In this document: positions 9,846 to 19,034 of the stretch, in pieces
How positions within the stretch are numbered: the first letter of the stretch is position 1
Layout: each line of letters starts with the position of its first letter
Origin: an uncultured virus (IMG/VR IMGVR_UViG_3300027743_000022)
Taxonomy: Duplodnaviria > Heunggongvirae > Uroviricota > Caudoviricetes
IMG/VR virus record: IMGVR_UViG_3300027743_000022
DNA: 63,813 nucleotides
Strand: one strand, 5' to 3'
Notes under the pieces: model-generated
What the model was told of the DNA's origin: nothing
Database searches by the model: none
What the model saw: only the letters and a program-made list of their open reading frames with translations
Made by a program: the position numbers and the translations under genes

Positions 9846-10115
9846 ATGGACAATGATAATGTAGTCAGCACTTTTAAAGTAGTGGGTACAGTATTGTTTT
9901 TTATAGTTTTAGCATATTTTATGGATATGTTTTATCATTCCAAATATGAGAACTATAGAGGCAATGTCTTTAATACTAAAGATAGTATTAGAGCAAAAGA
10001 AGGTGAATTACTTGTAATTAGACATATTGCAAGTGATAGTATCGTAGTTCAATCAGCAACACTCGAAGATGTGAAAGTATTTTTAGAGGAAGAGCAATGC
10101 AAAGAGACAAAATAG
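9846..10115 (+). CDS. Single-TM protein
   Basis: N-terminal hydrophobic helix. Confidence 0.65.
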   Translation: MDNDNVVSTFKVVGTVLFFIVLAYFMDMFYHSKYENYRGNVFNTKDSIRAKEGELLVIRHIASDSIVVQSATLEDVKVFLEEEQCKETK

Positions 10116-10288
10116 ATGAACAATTAGATGATGTTTTTGGTCCAGCACAAAAAATCTTTGCAAGAATAATAATTAAAGATGAAATAGCAAGAAAGAAAAG
10201 GATGATTGTAATTACTACGGTAATTGCAACATCCTTTATTATTTTGCTTTTATCTTTATTTTTAATATGGATATTTAAAACACACTAA
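10097..10288 (+). CDS. C-terminally anchored membrane protein
   Basis: C-terminal TM. Confidence 0.6.
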   Translation: MQRDKIDEQLDDVFGPAQKIFARIIIKDEIARKKRMIVITTVIATSFIILLLSLFLIWIFKTH

Positions 10289-10290
10289 TT

Positions 10291-10599
10291 ATGAAACTAA
10301 CAGTAGAACTGGAAGAACATTTAGAAGCTGAAGGATATCTTAAACTAAGAGAAGTTAATGGTATTATTATAGGAATATACAGGTATATGTTCACTATAGC
10401 TATTGTCGTTGATATTAGCGATGGTGGTTATGATCATAGATATTGTTATCCTTATGAACATACCTTAGATTGTCTTATGGCTTTTGAAGTTTATGATGGT
10501 ACAGGTGATCCTATTGGGAAATGGATTAAGAATAAAGGAGCTAACAGGGACAGATTAAACCCTGAAATTGAAGATCAACACATTAATAAACCAACTTGA
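10291..10599 (+). CDS. Conserved phage hypothetical protein
   Basis: FTIAIV...GYDHRYCY...YDGTGDPIGKWIK pattern. Confidence 0.75.
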   Translation: MKLTVELEEHLEAEGYLKLREVNGIIIGIYRYMFTIAIVVDISDGGYDHRYCYPYEHTLDCLMAFEVYDGTGDPIGKWIKNKGANRDRLNPEIEDQHINKPT

Positions 10600-10602
10600 C
10601 CA

Positions 10603-10875
10603 ATGATTGCAAACATCGAAGACATGTCCATCAAAGATATGGATATTACAGTTAAAGCAAAGAATGTATTAACTGCATTAGGAATAAAAACTAAGAAAGA
10701 CATATATGTATGTTATTCCTTAAAAACTATCCCTAAAATAGGAACTATAGTTAAGCATTATCCTTATGTAGATGTAGATTTAGTTTACACTAATAAGGTT
10801 AATGAAGAGGTTAAAACTATTCTTCATGAAGAATTCCACGTGAAGGAAAGTAAATTACAAATATTGGGATTATAA
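10603..10875 (+). CDS. RNA polymerase alpha-CTD-like (HhH) protein
   Basis: SIKDMDITVKAKNVLTALGIKTKKDI resembles alpha-CTD consensus IEELDLSVRAxNCLxxxGIxTxxDL. Confidence 0.55.
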   Translation: MIANIEDMSIKDMDITVKAKNVLTALGIKTKKDIYVCYSLKTIPKIGTIVKHYPYVDVDLVYTNKVNEEVKTILHEEFHVKESKLQILGL

Positions 10876-10919
10876 ACAAATAACACAAACAAGTAATTTT
10901 AATTTAATTTTTTATACAC

Positions 10920-11687
10920 ATGAAAACAAACACATTATTCCAAGAGCAATCAATTGCAAACGAGAAAGTAGCTAAAAGCGCACTTACAAAAGTAATTACT
11001 GACAATGTTAGTTTACACATTACAACTCAAGAATTGTTAACAAGACTAGTTGTTGCAGGAGACACTAAATGTCTGGAATGTGGAATTGATAGACTTTCAG
11101 CTAAAGCTGCTAAGTATTCTTCTAAAGTAACTGAATTGGTAGCTGCTTGGAGAAATTTATTTGGGGAAGATTTTGATATTGAGTCTTTAACATTATCATT
11201 AGCTTCTAAACATTTTCCTCTTGCTGTAGGAGAACCAGCTTATAATCCTTATGATGAAAGTACTTGGCATTTGAATCCTAGTGCACATCCTAGTACTTCT
11301 TCAGAAAGTTCAACTGATTCTGGTAGTAAACAGCCAATGTCCATGGAACAGTTGATTAAGGAGACTCTTGAAGGTAAATTACCTAAAGGGACAAAAATTG
11401 CTGTTGTGAATGGTATAAGAGCTACTTCAAGAACACAAAAAGTATTTGGATTAGATCCATTGGATTATGATTCTTTTCAAGATTTCTTTGATGCTGTAAA
11501 AGTAGAAATGGAAACTAGAAATAGTGATGGTCGTTCTGCAGAAGTAATTACTGAAATGGAAACATTGATAAAAAATGTTACTCTAGGTGCTTCTAATGTT
11601 ACTTCTATTGGAGAATTTGAAACAGAAACATCTACTCCTGTTATCTCTTTGAAGAAAGATGGTAAAAAAGATACTCTTAATACATAG
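10920..11687 (+). CDS. Hypothetical protein
   Basis: 255-aa ORF followed by terminator. Confidence 0.8.
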   Translation: MKTNTLFQEQSIANEKVAKSALTKVITDNVSLHITTQELLTRLVVAGDTKCLECGIDRLSAKAAKYSSKVTELVAAWRNLFGEDFDIESLTLSLASKHFPLAVGEPAYNPYDESTWHLNPSAHPSTSSESSTDSGSKQPMSMEQLIKETLEGKLPKGTKIAVVNGIRATSRTQKVFGLDPLDYDSFQDFFDAVKVEMETRNSDGRSAEVITEMETLIKNVTLGASNVTSIGEFETETSTPVISLKKDGKKDTLNT

Positions 11688-11696
11688 TATTAAGTG

Positions 11697-11724
11697 GAGC
11701 CTCTGTTAATTCAGAGGCTCTTTT
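11697..11724 (+). terminator. Intrinsic terminator
   Basis: GAGCCTCTG-ttaatt-CAGAGGCTC-TTTT. Confidence 0.8.
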
Positions 11725-11737
11725 ACAAATCAAATTC

Positions 11738-11929
11738 ATGCCTAGAGAGTATTTTAAACAGAATTACTCATTAGTTTCTATTAAGATAGAAATGGATGAA
11801 CTTGAGAAGGATATGAGAGATCTTTTTCATTTACCTGTAGTTAATGATGTTATTGTAAGCATATATATGGGTAAATTAAAAAGATTAGAACAATTAAGTA
11901 AGTTTAAAACTTCCTTCTACAAAAAATAG
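11738..11929 (+). CDS. Hypothetical protein
   Basis: ORF track. Confidence 0.55.
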   Translation: MPREYFKQNYSLVSIKIEMDELEKDMRDLFHLPVVNDVIVSIYMGKLKRLEQLSKFKTSFYKK

Positions 11930-11937
11930 TAAATTTG
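11930..11937 (+). promoter_or_regulatory. Bacteroidota-type -7 promoter element
   Basis: TAAATTTG matches TAnnTTTG, 25 nt before the lipoprotein gene. Confidence 0.4.
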
Positions 11938-11962
11938 TAATTAATCCTTAAAAATTATTACA

Positions 11963-12145
11963 ATGAAAGCACTAATTTTACTTATTTTTTTAATATTAAC
12001 GTCTTGTATAATTGAGAAAGATATAAGTTATAATTCTCATCATGTTAAAAATAAACCTATTAAACACAATAGTAAGTTTAAAGAAAGACAGATAATAAAG
12101 GATAATAAGTGTAGGTATTATTTATTCAACAAGCGTATTAGGTAA
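11963..12145 (+). CDS. Small basic lipoprotein
   Basis: MKALILLIFLILTSC lipobox. Confidence 0.65.
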   Translation: MKALILLIFLILTSCIIEKDISYNSHHVKNKPIKHNSKFKERQIIKDNKCRYYLFNKRIR

Positions 12146-12156
12146 TTAACAAGGAC

Positions 12157-12180
12157 AAAAGAGGTTTTACACCTCTTTTT
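12157..12180 (+). terminator. Intrinsic terminator, possibly bidirectional
   Basis: AAAAGAGGT-tttac-ACCTCTTTT. Confidence 0.65.
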
Positions 12181-12207
12181 ATTTTGTAACATCAAAATTA
12201 ATTAAAG

Positions 12208-13389
12208 ATGATGAGTACATTAGTTGGTAGATGGCTTAGAGCCAATAAAGATAAAACAGATAATATTAATTTTTATAAAGGAGAATTTTATAAGGTAAAA
12301 GCAATTAGTGGTAATGGGTATTTTACATTAACAACTGGTAGTAATATCAAGCCAGATATTCCTAATTGGACAATAATGCCTGAGAATTTTCATCCTGATG
12401 ATCCTAAAGACTTAACAGGAAGATATCTTTTATGTGTTCAAAATAATAATTGGACTTATCCTAAGAATAGACCTTCCATAGGGGAGCATGTTATGATTAC
12501 TCAAGGAGATTTAAGTGATACTACTCATATTATCTCAGTACAAAGCTTGGCGGGAAAAATTGATGAGATGGCTAAAGATAGATTATTTGGTCTTAATCCT
12601 GAATATAAGTTAATGGCTGTAGGTTTTAATCCTAATAAGGTATATCCTCTAACTCTTGATGAATGTTATCCTGCAGGAATGGATTATCCAATAGGGTGTT
12701 CTATTGTTAAAGGTAATAGTAATATTCCTCATAGGGTTATAGGTAAAGATAACAGTGGAGTAGTAATATCAACTGATGGTACAGTAGGGTTTAGAATAAC
12801 AGATAGTCATTGTAATTATTATTCCATCAATCCTTTATGTAAAGGAGAACAGGCAGAATTTCTACCTTATAGTTTTATTAAGCTTTTTACTTCATGGGAT
12901 GTTTCTAATGTTCCTACTATAAGCGATGTTATTCAATCAAAGGGATGTTCTAGTTTACAAGATTTTGAAAATCCTTTACATAGTTCTAAATGGGAATTTC
13001 CTAAAGGTTCTATAGTAGATTATGGTGATAAATCTTATAGGGTCATAGGTAAGAGTGATAACTTCCCTGATAGGTATCTTTTACTATCAAATAGTAGAGG
13101 AACTGAAGGTACTTTAATTAAACCTGACTGGCTAGAAGTCTTTCATATAGATCATGTCTATGTAGGAAAGTATGGTTTATGGGTTTATAAACAAAAACTA
13201 AGTTTTACTAAAGACAGACCTGAAAACAAACATGAACTAGCTAAGGGATTTGAGAATTGTACTAGTTTTCAAGATAATAGTGGTTCTATGTCTTTTAGTT
13301 CTCTACAAGAGAAAACCTCATTGGAAGATGATCCAGTGACAAGGAAAGTAAAACCTCCTAAATTTCAACACAAACGCACAGCATATTAA
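12208..13389 (+). CDS. Hypothetical protein with two pairs of internal repeats
   Basis: LVGRWL..MPENFHP / LTGRYL..MAVGFNP and YPIGCSIV..RVIGK / FPKGSIV..RVIGK. Confidence 0.8.
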   Translation: MMSTLVGRWLRANKDKTDNINFYKGEFYKVKAISGNGYFTLTTGSNIKPDIPNWTIMPENFHPDDPKDLTGRYLLCVQNNNWTYPKNRPSIGEHVMITQGDLSDTTHIISVQSLAGKIDEMAKDRLFGLNPEYKLMAVGFNPNKVYPLTLDECYPAGMDYPIGCSIVKGNSNIPHRVIGKDNSGVVISTDGTVGFRITDSHCNYYSINPLCKGEQAEFLPYSFIKLFTSWDVSNVPTISDVIQSKGCSSLQDFENPLHSSKWEFPKGSIVDYGDKSYRVIGKSDNFPDRYLLLSNSRGTEGTLIKPDWLEVFHIDHVYVGKYGLWVYKQKLSFTKDRPENKHELAKGFENCTSFQDNSGSMSFSSLQEKTSLEDDPVTRKVKPPKFQHKRTAY

Positions 13390-13409
13390 CAATTAAACAC
13401 ACACACATT

Positions 13410-13772
13410 ATGTCAAACGAATTAAAAAAAGCAGGATTATTCTTGGACGAAATTCTTAAACGTCTAAAAGGAGATGATGATGGTGCATTAGCATCTAAAA
13501 TCTCTCGTAAATCTATTAGTGCTCTTGAGAGTCAAATAGCTGGTTTACAATCAAAAATTGTAGATGCTGAGTTGGAAGTAGAAAATGCTGAAGAAGCTCT
13601 TCAGGATGCTATCTTTCCAACCAGATTGTTTAGTAGTAATAAAGACTACTGTCAAGGTATTATTAATGCTCAAGATAAGCTTGATGAAAAGAAAGCTGAA
13701 CTTGAAGCCCTTAATAAGGACTTATTGTATTTCAAAGAGTTGTTAGGAAAAGATCAATCTAAAAATGTGTAA
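13410..13772 (+). CDS. Coiled-coil protein
   Basis: Heptad-rich; CA-repeat leader. Confidence 0.8.
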   Translation: MSNELKKAGLFLDEILKRLKGDDDGALASKISRKSISALESQIAGLQSKIVDAELEVENAEEALQDAIFPTRLFSSNKDYCQGIINAQDKLDEKKAELEALNKDLLYFKELLGKDQSKNV

Positions 13773-13774
13773 TT

Positions 13775-15772
13775 ATGTTTAAATCAGTAAAAGAACAGGT
13801 TCAAAAGACATTTAAAGAAATGTCTGCACAAGGAGTATTATTTGTTACAGACGTTGACAAAGATTTATTATGGGAAACCTATTTAAATGGTTTCAGAACT
13901 CCAGAAGAGAGACAACATCATACTTGTAATTGTTGTAGGCAATTTATTAAAAACTATGGTAGACTTGTTACTGTGGTTAATAATGAATTAAAAACTGTTT
14001 GGGATTTTGTACCTACAGACGAAGAATACAGAACTTCAGTTGAAGCTATGAGATTACTTGTATCTCATTCTCATATTAGAGATAGATTCTTTACTGAAAC
14101 TATAAAGTTAGGTACAAACTCTAACTATGATATGGAGAAAAATGTTACTTGGGAACATTTCTATTGTGAAACTTCTTCTACTAATGTAAGACCAAAGAAA
14201 GATCTTGATACTTTAAGAAGTGAGTGTAGAACTACCAAAGATGTGTTCAAAAGAGCTTTAGATGAAATATCTATTAGTAGTGTTGAAACTGTTCTTGAAT
14301 TGATTGATCAAAATTCTTTATATAAAGGTAAAGAGTTTGAATCAAACCTAAGAACCTTTCTATCCTGTCAACAGGAATATAAAGCTATGGTCAACAAAGA
14401 TAGCTATGCTTGGTATAGAAGTAGTCAATTATCAGGTAGTGTATCAAGGATACGTAATAGTGCTATTGGTACTCTTCTTATTGATGTGTCTGAAGGAAAG
14501 AAATCTCTTGATGATTGTGTAACAGCTTATGAAAGAGTTGTTGCTCCCAGTAATTACAAGAGACCTACTGCCCTTGTTACTAAAGGTATGGTGGAAGAGG
14601 CTGAAAAAGCTATAGAGTCTTTAGGATTGTCTGATTCTCTTGGCAGACGCTTTGCCACTCCTGAGGATATTAGTGTAGATAACATTCTATTTGTTGATAG
14701 GAATGCTAAGAAGACTACTAGTGTAATGGAACAGATCAAAGAGGAAATACAGGTTAATCCTAAAACATTCTCTAAGACTGAAGAAATACACATTGATAAG
14801 TTCATTAGTGACATACTTCCTAATAGTAAAAGTGTTGAGATTCTTGTCGAAAACAGTCACTTGTCTAATCTAGTTAGTCTTATTGCTCCTAAGGAACCTA
14901 CAGCACCTGTTCTATTCAAATGGAATAATCCATTCTCTTGGTCTTATGTAAATGCTCTTACTGATAGCATGAAAGAAAGAGTTAAAGAAGCTGGTGGTAA
15001 TGTAACAGGAGTATTACGTTTCTCTATTCAATGGAATGAAGATGGTCATTCTCATTGTGATTTTGATGCTCATGCTATGGAACCTAATGGTACTAAAATC
15101 TGTTACAATAACTATAGAGCAAGAGAAACTCCTATGAGTGGTATGTTGGATGTAGATAAGATCAGACCTAAGGATGTAGGAGTTGAGAATATTACTTGGT
15201 CAAATATTAATAAGATGGCAGAAGGTGTTTATAAATTCTCTGTTCATAATTATGATGGAGGAAGAAATACTGGATTCTCTGCTCAGATTGAATTTGATGG
15301 ACAAATCTTTGAGTTTAGTAAATCAGGCTTTACTACAGGTACTACCCAAGTAGCTGAAGTTACCTATTCTAAAACTAAAGGATTCTCTATTAAATCTCTA
15401 TTAGATAATACATTATCCAGTTCAGGTAATGTTATCTCTAAAGAGAAATGGGGAATATCTACCAACAAATTCAGAAAGGTGTCTATGATTATGAATAGTC
15501 CTAATCATTGGACTGATAAGGTAGGTAATAGACATGTATTCTTTGTTCTTGATGGAGCTAAATGTGATGAATCTCCTAGAGGATTCTTTAATGAATTCCT
15601 TAAAGAAGATTTAGATAAGAACAGAAAAGTACTTGAAGTATTAGGAAGTAAACTTAAGGTAGAACCTTCAGATATGCAGGTCACTGGATTGGGATTCTCA
15701 GATACACAACGAAACTCTTTCATTTGTAAAGTGGAGGGATCATTCAAAAGAACCTTAAAAGTCACATTTTAG
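13775..15772 (+). CDS. Large conserved phage protein (665 aa) with CxCC motif and YfaP/DUF2135-like domain
   Basis: HTCNCCRQFI; LRFSIQWN...DFDAH...LDVD...VENITW...YKFSVHNY. Confidence 0.8.
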   Translation: MFKSVKEQVQKTFKEMSAQGVLFVTDVDKDLLWETYLNGFRTPEERQHHTCNCCRQFIKNYGRLVTVVNNELKTVWDFVPTDEEYRTSVEAMRLLVSHSHIRDRFFTETIKLGTNSNYDMEKNVTWEHFYCETSSTNVRPKKDLDTLRSECRTTKDVFKRALDEISISSVETVLELIDQNSLYKGKEFESNLRTFLSCQQEYKAMVNKDSYAWYRSSQLSGSVSRIRNSAIGTLLIDVSEGKKSLDDCVTAYERVVAPSNYKRPTALVTKGMVEEAEKAIESLGLSDSLGRRFATPEDISVDNILFVDRNAKKTTSVMEQIKEEIQVNPKTFSKTEEIHIDKFISDILPNSKSVEILVENSHLSNLVSLIAPKEPTAPVLFKWNNPFSWSYVNALTDSMKERVKEAGGNVTGVLRFSIQWNEDGHSHCDFDAHAMEPNGTKICYNNYRARETPMSGMLDVDKIRPKDVGVENITWSNINKMAEGVYKFSVHNYDGGRNTGFSAQIEFDGQIFEFSKSGFTTGTTQVAEVTYSKTKGFSIKSLLDNTLSSSGNVISKEKWGISTNKFRKVSMIMNSPNHWTDKVGNRHVFFVLDGAKCDESPRGFFNEFLKEDLDKNRKVLEVLGSKLKVEPSDMQVTGLGFSDTQRNSFICKVEGSFKRTLKVTF

Positions 15773-15773
15773 T

Positions 15774-15980
15774 ATGATACCATCAGCATTAGAATTCTAT
15801 GATCTTCCAGAAAATTATGAGAAGAATAGTATAGAAATTATGATTGAATTTGCAAAACTTCATTGTGAAGCTCAAAGAGAAGCAATTCTAGAAAATGTAG
15901 AAACACATATTCAAGGAGAATCAATGATTATTGACAAAGAATCAATTAAAAATGCATATCCATTAACTAATATTAAATAA
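15774..15980 (+). CDS. Hypothetical protein, paralogue of 5157..5408
   Basis: MIEFAKLH...IDKESIKNAYPL. Confidence 0.7.
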   Translation: MIPSALEFYDLPENYEKNSIEIMIEFAKLHCEAQREAILENVETHIQGESMIIDKESIKNAYPLTNIK

Positions 15981-15989
15981 TAAAAAATT

Positions 15990-16379
15990 ATGTCTATATT
16001 TGAAAAAGCTTCAAAAGCTAAACTTCGTTTTGCAGTTACTCAAGGAGTGTTGAACACAGAAGATTTGTGGGGTCTAAAATTGGAAGATTTAGATAAAATG
16101 GCTGTTGCTTTACGCAAACAGGTAAAAGAGTCTGAAGAAGAAAGTTTTATTAAAACTACTAGTTCTAAATCTGTAATTGTTGAAGAAACAGAACTTAAGT
16201 TTGAAATTGTAAAACATATTATTGGTGTTAAACTTGCAGAGAAAGATGCAAGAGCTCTCGCTGCAGAGAAAAGAGCTAAACGTGCTCAATTAATTGAGCT
16301 AATTGGTAAAAAAGAGCTAACTAAGCTTGAAAGCAGATCAATTGAAGAACTTAAAAAAGAATTGTCTGAGTTAGATTAA
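15990..16379 (+). CDS. Conserved phage coiled-coil protein, usual neighbour of the 665-aa family
   Basis: MSIFEKASKAKLRF...EDLWGL...ELKFEIVKHII. Confidence 0.8.
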   Translation: MSIFEKASKAKLRFAVTQGVLNTEDLWGLKLEDLDKMAVALRKQVKESEEESFIKTTSSKSVIVEETELKFEIVKHIIGVKLAEKDARALAAEKRAKRAQLIELIGKKELTKLESRSIEELKKELSELD

Positions 16380-16395
16380 CTAATTGCTAAATACT

Positions 16396-16680
16396 AGGTA
16401 TGCACTGTGTCCGATGAGACTATGAGGCTCGTGACCTCGTAAGTGGTAGGGCGTTATCACGTAGTAGATAATTACACCGTTTTTCTCAACATGAAAAGTC
16501 CTGTATATTACAGGGCTTTTCTTTTTTACAACAAACAACAAACAAAAAGGAGTGAGTAATCAAAGGAGCTCTCCTCGTGTAGGGGTGCGTCAAACTTATT
16601 AGGCAAGAAGGGCTGTAAATGCTCAGCAAAGACTTTTTATGATGTTTCTAGTCTTATTATCCCTGCTAGCTTCTTTGATT
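16396..16680 (+). ncRNA. Candidate structured non-coding RNA region (one or two elements)
   Basis: ORF-free, GC-enriched gap with several hairpins. Confidence 0.35.
16494..16527 (+). terminator. Intrinsic terminator
   Basis: AAAAGTCCTGT-atatt-ACAGGGCTTTT-CTTTTTT. Confidence 0.8.
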
Positions 16681-16696
16681 TTAAAAAACAAATAAT

Positions 16697-16981
16697 ATGA
16701 CAAATCAAGATTTAATTGAACTAGGCTTTAAAGAGGTACCTCATTTTACAGTAGGTAATGTTGTTAATTACGATTTAGGAAGAGAAAGAATGCTTTCTGC
16801 TTCTGATGTAGGCAATCCTTGTGAGATGTTATATATAATTCAGTCTACTGATAGTCATATAGAAGATGCTGTAGTTATTCATAATTATGATTACGATGGT
16901 TATCTAACAGTAGAAAAAGTAACAGGTCTAATTAACCTAATAACTAAAGGAAAAACAATTAATAATCAATCAATACATTAA
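16697..16981 (+). CDS. Hypothetical protein
   Basis: ORF track; LIELGF motif. Confidence 0.75.
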   Translation: MTNQDLIELGFKEVPHFTVGNVVNYDLGRERMLSASDVGNPCEMLYIIQSTDSHIEDAVVIHNYDYDGYLTVEKVTGLINLITKGKTINNQSIH

Positions 16982-16985
16982 CATT

Positions 16986-17963
16986 ATGAAAAATCCAAGA
17001 ATTTTAGGAGTTGTTATCTTATTAGCAATCCTCGGTCTAAGTGGGTACAAGTATTATTCTTATAAACACCCAGAAGTTGTTGAAAAAGCTCTTAAAGAAG
17101 CTGAAGTACACACTGCTATTACTGAAAGTACATCATCTCCATCATCATCATCATCTACCAGGTTTACAGTAGAGGTTGATAATCCAGTTAATCCTACTAA
17201 GACAGGGGTTATTGAAGTGGGAGCTTCAGGATTTAACTGTTTTGTAGCTAACATTGATAAGAGTGATAACTGGTCTCTGGATTATAAAGAGTTTGGAGAG
17301 TCTTTAGCTTATGAAGGTTTTATGTCACTTGATGATGTAAAAGCTGGATTAAAGAAATACATTAGTACTATAGCTGAACATGGAGTTAATGGAAAGAACA
17401 TACACTTTGTTATGTCTTCAGGAGCCCTAAAGAATCCTAAAACTATTATGGTAGCTGAAGCTATTAGGAAGATGGGATATGTAGTTAATACAGTTGGGCC
17501 TACTCAAGAAGGACAATTTGCGTTTATGGCTCTAGTTCCTAAGAATTATAGAGATAACTCTTTTACTATTGATATAGGATCAGGTAACACTAAAGTTAGC
17601 TGGTATGAAAATGGTAGAATTAAGTCTCTGGAAGGACCAGGAGCTAAATATACTCAGGATAAATTGTCTAATGAGGAAGCTTATGAACAAATATGTAAGT
17701 TAGTTGACCAGATTCCTTTAGAAAGAAGAGAACAATGTTTTATTATTGGAGGAGCTCCATTTAAGATGGCTAAAGAATCTAGAAAAGGAGAAGAGAGGTT
17801 TACTCTTTTGAAATCTCCTGAAGACTATAATGCTAATGGTGTTGATAAGATGGTTGCAGGTATAAACATCTACAAAGCAATCTTTGATGCTTCTAAAACA
17901 GATAAGTTTATCTTCGACTGGGATAGTAATTTTACAATAGGTTTCCTATTAACACTTAACTAA
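16986..17963 (+). CDS. Membrane-anchored ASKHA-fold (Ppx/GppA-like) protein
   Basis: N-terminal TM; VIEVGASG (phosphate 1), EGQFAF, IDIGSGNT (phosphate 2), IIGG. Confidence 0.7.
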   Translation: MKNPRILGVVILLAILGLSGYKYYSYKHPEVVEKALKEAEVHTAITESTSSPSSSSSTRFTVEVDNPVNPTKTGVIEVGASGFNCFVANIDKSDNWSLDYKEFGESLAYEGFMSLDDVKAGLKKYISTIAEHGVNGKNIHFVMSSGALKNPKTIMVAEAIRKMGYVVNTVGPTQEGQFAFMALVPKNYRDNSFTIDIGSGNTKVSWYENGRIKSLEGPGAKYTQDKLSNEEAYEQICKLVDQIPLERREQCFIIGGAPFKMAKESRKGEERFTLLKSPEDYNANGVDKMVAGINIYKAIFDASKTDKFIFDWDSNFTIGFLLTLN

Positions 17964-17964
17964 G

Positions 17965-18834
17965 ATGGAACCTAAGATAGACCTAACCAATAATACCCAG
18001 AAGTTTATTGCTGCTGGGATTATTGGGCTTATGCTTATTATATTTTACTACTTATTACCTCCTTTTATTGTAATTATGAGTAATCTGTATATAGCAGGAG
18101 CTTTGCTAATTCCAGTTGCTTTTATATGTCTGTATCCTTCATTTGTATGGGATACTTTTAAAGAGCTAAGTTGGAAGTTAACCAAGGGAATGATATCAAC
18201 TAACAAACTTGGTTATATGTATCGTTATCATGACTATCTACTAATGAGAATTGGTAGACTAGAGAAGAATGTTACTAATGTTACAGCTGCTAAGATAGGA
18301 TTACAGAAGATGATTAAGGAAACAGGTAATCGTGTACAGAAGAATAAGTCTGACTATATTTCTTATGAGAATGCAGGAGCAAGTAAATTAGTTTTGTCTT
18401 CCTTATCAAATAAGATAAATGTAGATGAAAACCAGCTTAAGGTATTTCTACCTCAATATACAAGTATTGAGAACAATGAAAAGTATTTATTAGAATTGCT
18501 TGATTTTATGAGAGTTGACACTGAGCAACTAAAATATACTATTGATGCAAAAGCTAGTGAATTCAAAATCCTTGAACAGGTAGCTCAGGCTACAGGTAAT
18601 GCTAAAGAATTCCTGAGAGGTTCTACTCCTGAGTATAAAATATTTCAAGAGTCTCTAACCCAATTGGAAGAATCTGCTAATCTATATACTGCTAAGATTT
18701 CTAATTTTGAAAGAGAGGCTAAACCTCTAATGGAAAGAATGGCATTAGATAAAACTATTTCAGAAGATGAAGGTTTAAGGTTAATTGAAGAATTTAAGGC
18801 TAGTACTAAGCAAATTACCTTTAAATCAGTATAG
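17965..18834 (+). CDS. 2-TM coiled-coil protein (PspA-like architecture)
   Basis: Two N-terminal TM helices, long coiled-coil body. Confidence 0.65.
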   Translation: MEPKIDLTNNTQKFIAAGIIGLMLIIFYYLLPPFIVIMSNLYIAGALLIPVAFICLYPSFVWDTFKELSWKLTKGMISTNKLGYMYRYHDYLLMRIGRLEKNVTNVTAAKIGLQKMIKETGNRVQKNKSDYISYENAGASKLVLSSLSNKINVDENQLKVFLPQYTSIENNEKYLLELLDFMRVDTEQLKYTIDAKASEFKILEQVAQATGNAKEFLRGSTPEYKIFQESLTQLEESANLYTAKISNFEREAKPLMERMALDKTISEDEGLRLIEEFKASTKQITFKSV

Positions 18835-18836
18835 AT

Positions 18837-18992
18837 ATGGAATGGAAAGAAAATATTCTAAAAGCTTATAGACAGGGTAAAACAATTCAAGCTAATCATA
18901 CTGGAAAATGGCATGATTTCGTTCCTCAAAATCAAGTAGATAGTCCTAATCTTGATTATGGTACTAAATATAATTGGAGAATTAAACGGTAA
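18837..18992 (+). CDS. Small phage protein (51 aa)
   Basis: Hand-translated ILKAYRQGKTIQ...W.D...P....WRIK, a recurrent phage pattern. Confidence 0.6.
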   Translation: MEWKENILKAYRQGKTIQANHTGKWHDFVPQNQVDSPNLDYGTKYNWRIKR

Positions 18993-19034
18993 ATAGTTTG
19001 GTTTTTGATAAAGTGTCCGCACATGCGGAGCTTA

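Noticed and set aside
16410..16450. Hammerhead-like CCGATGAG + stem
   Set aside because: Core is CCGATGA rather than CTGATGA and no GAAA follows the stem
16566..16600. HDV/theta-ribozyme-like TCCTCGT loop
   Set aside because: Flanks do not form the required P3/P1 pairings
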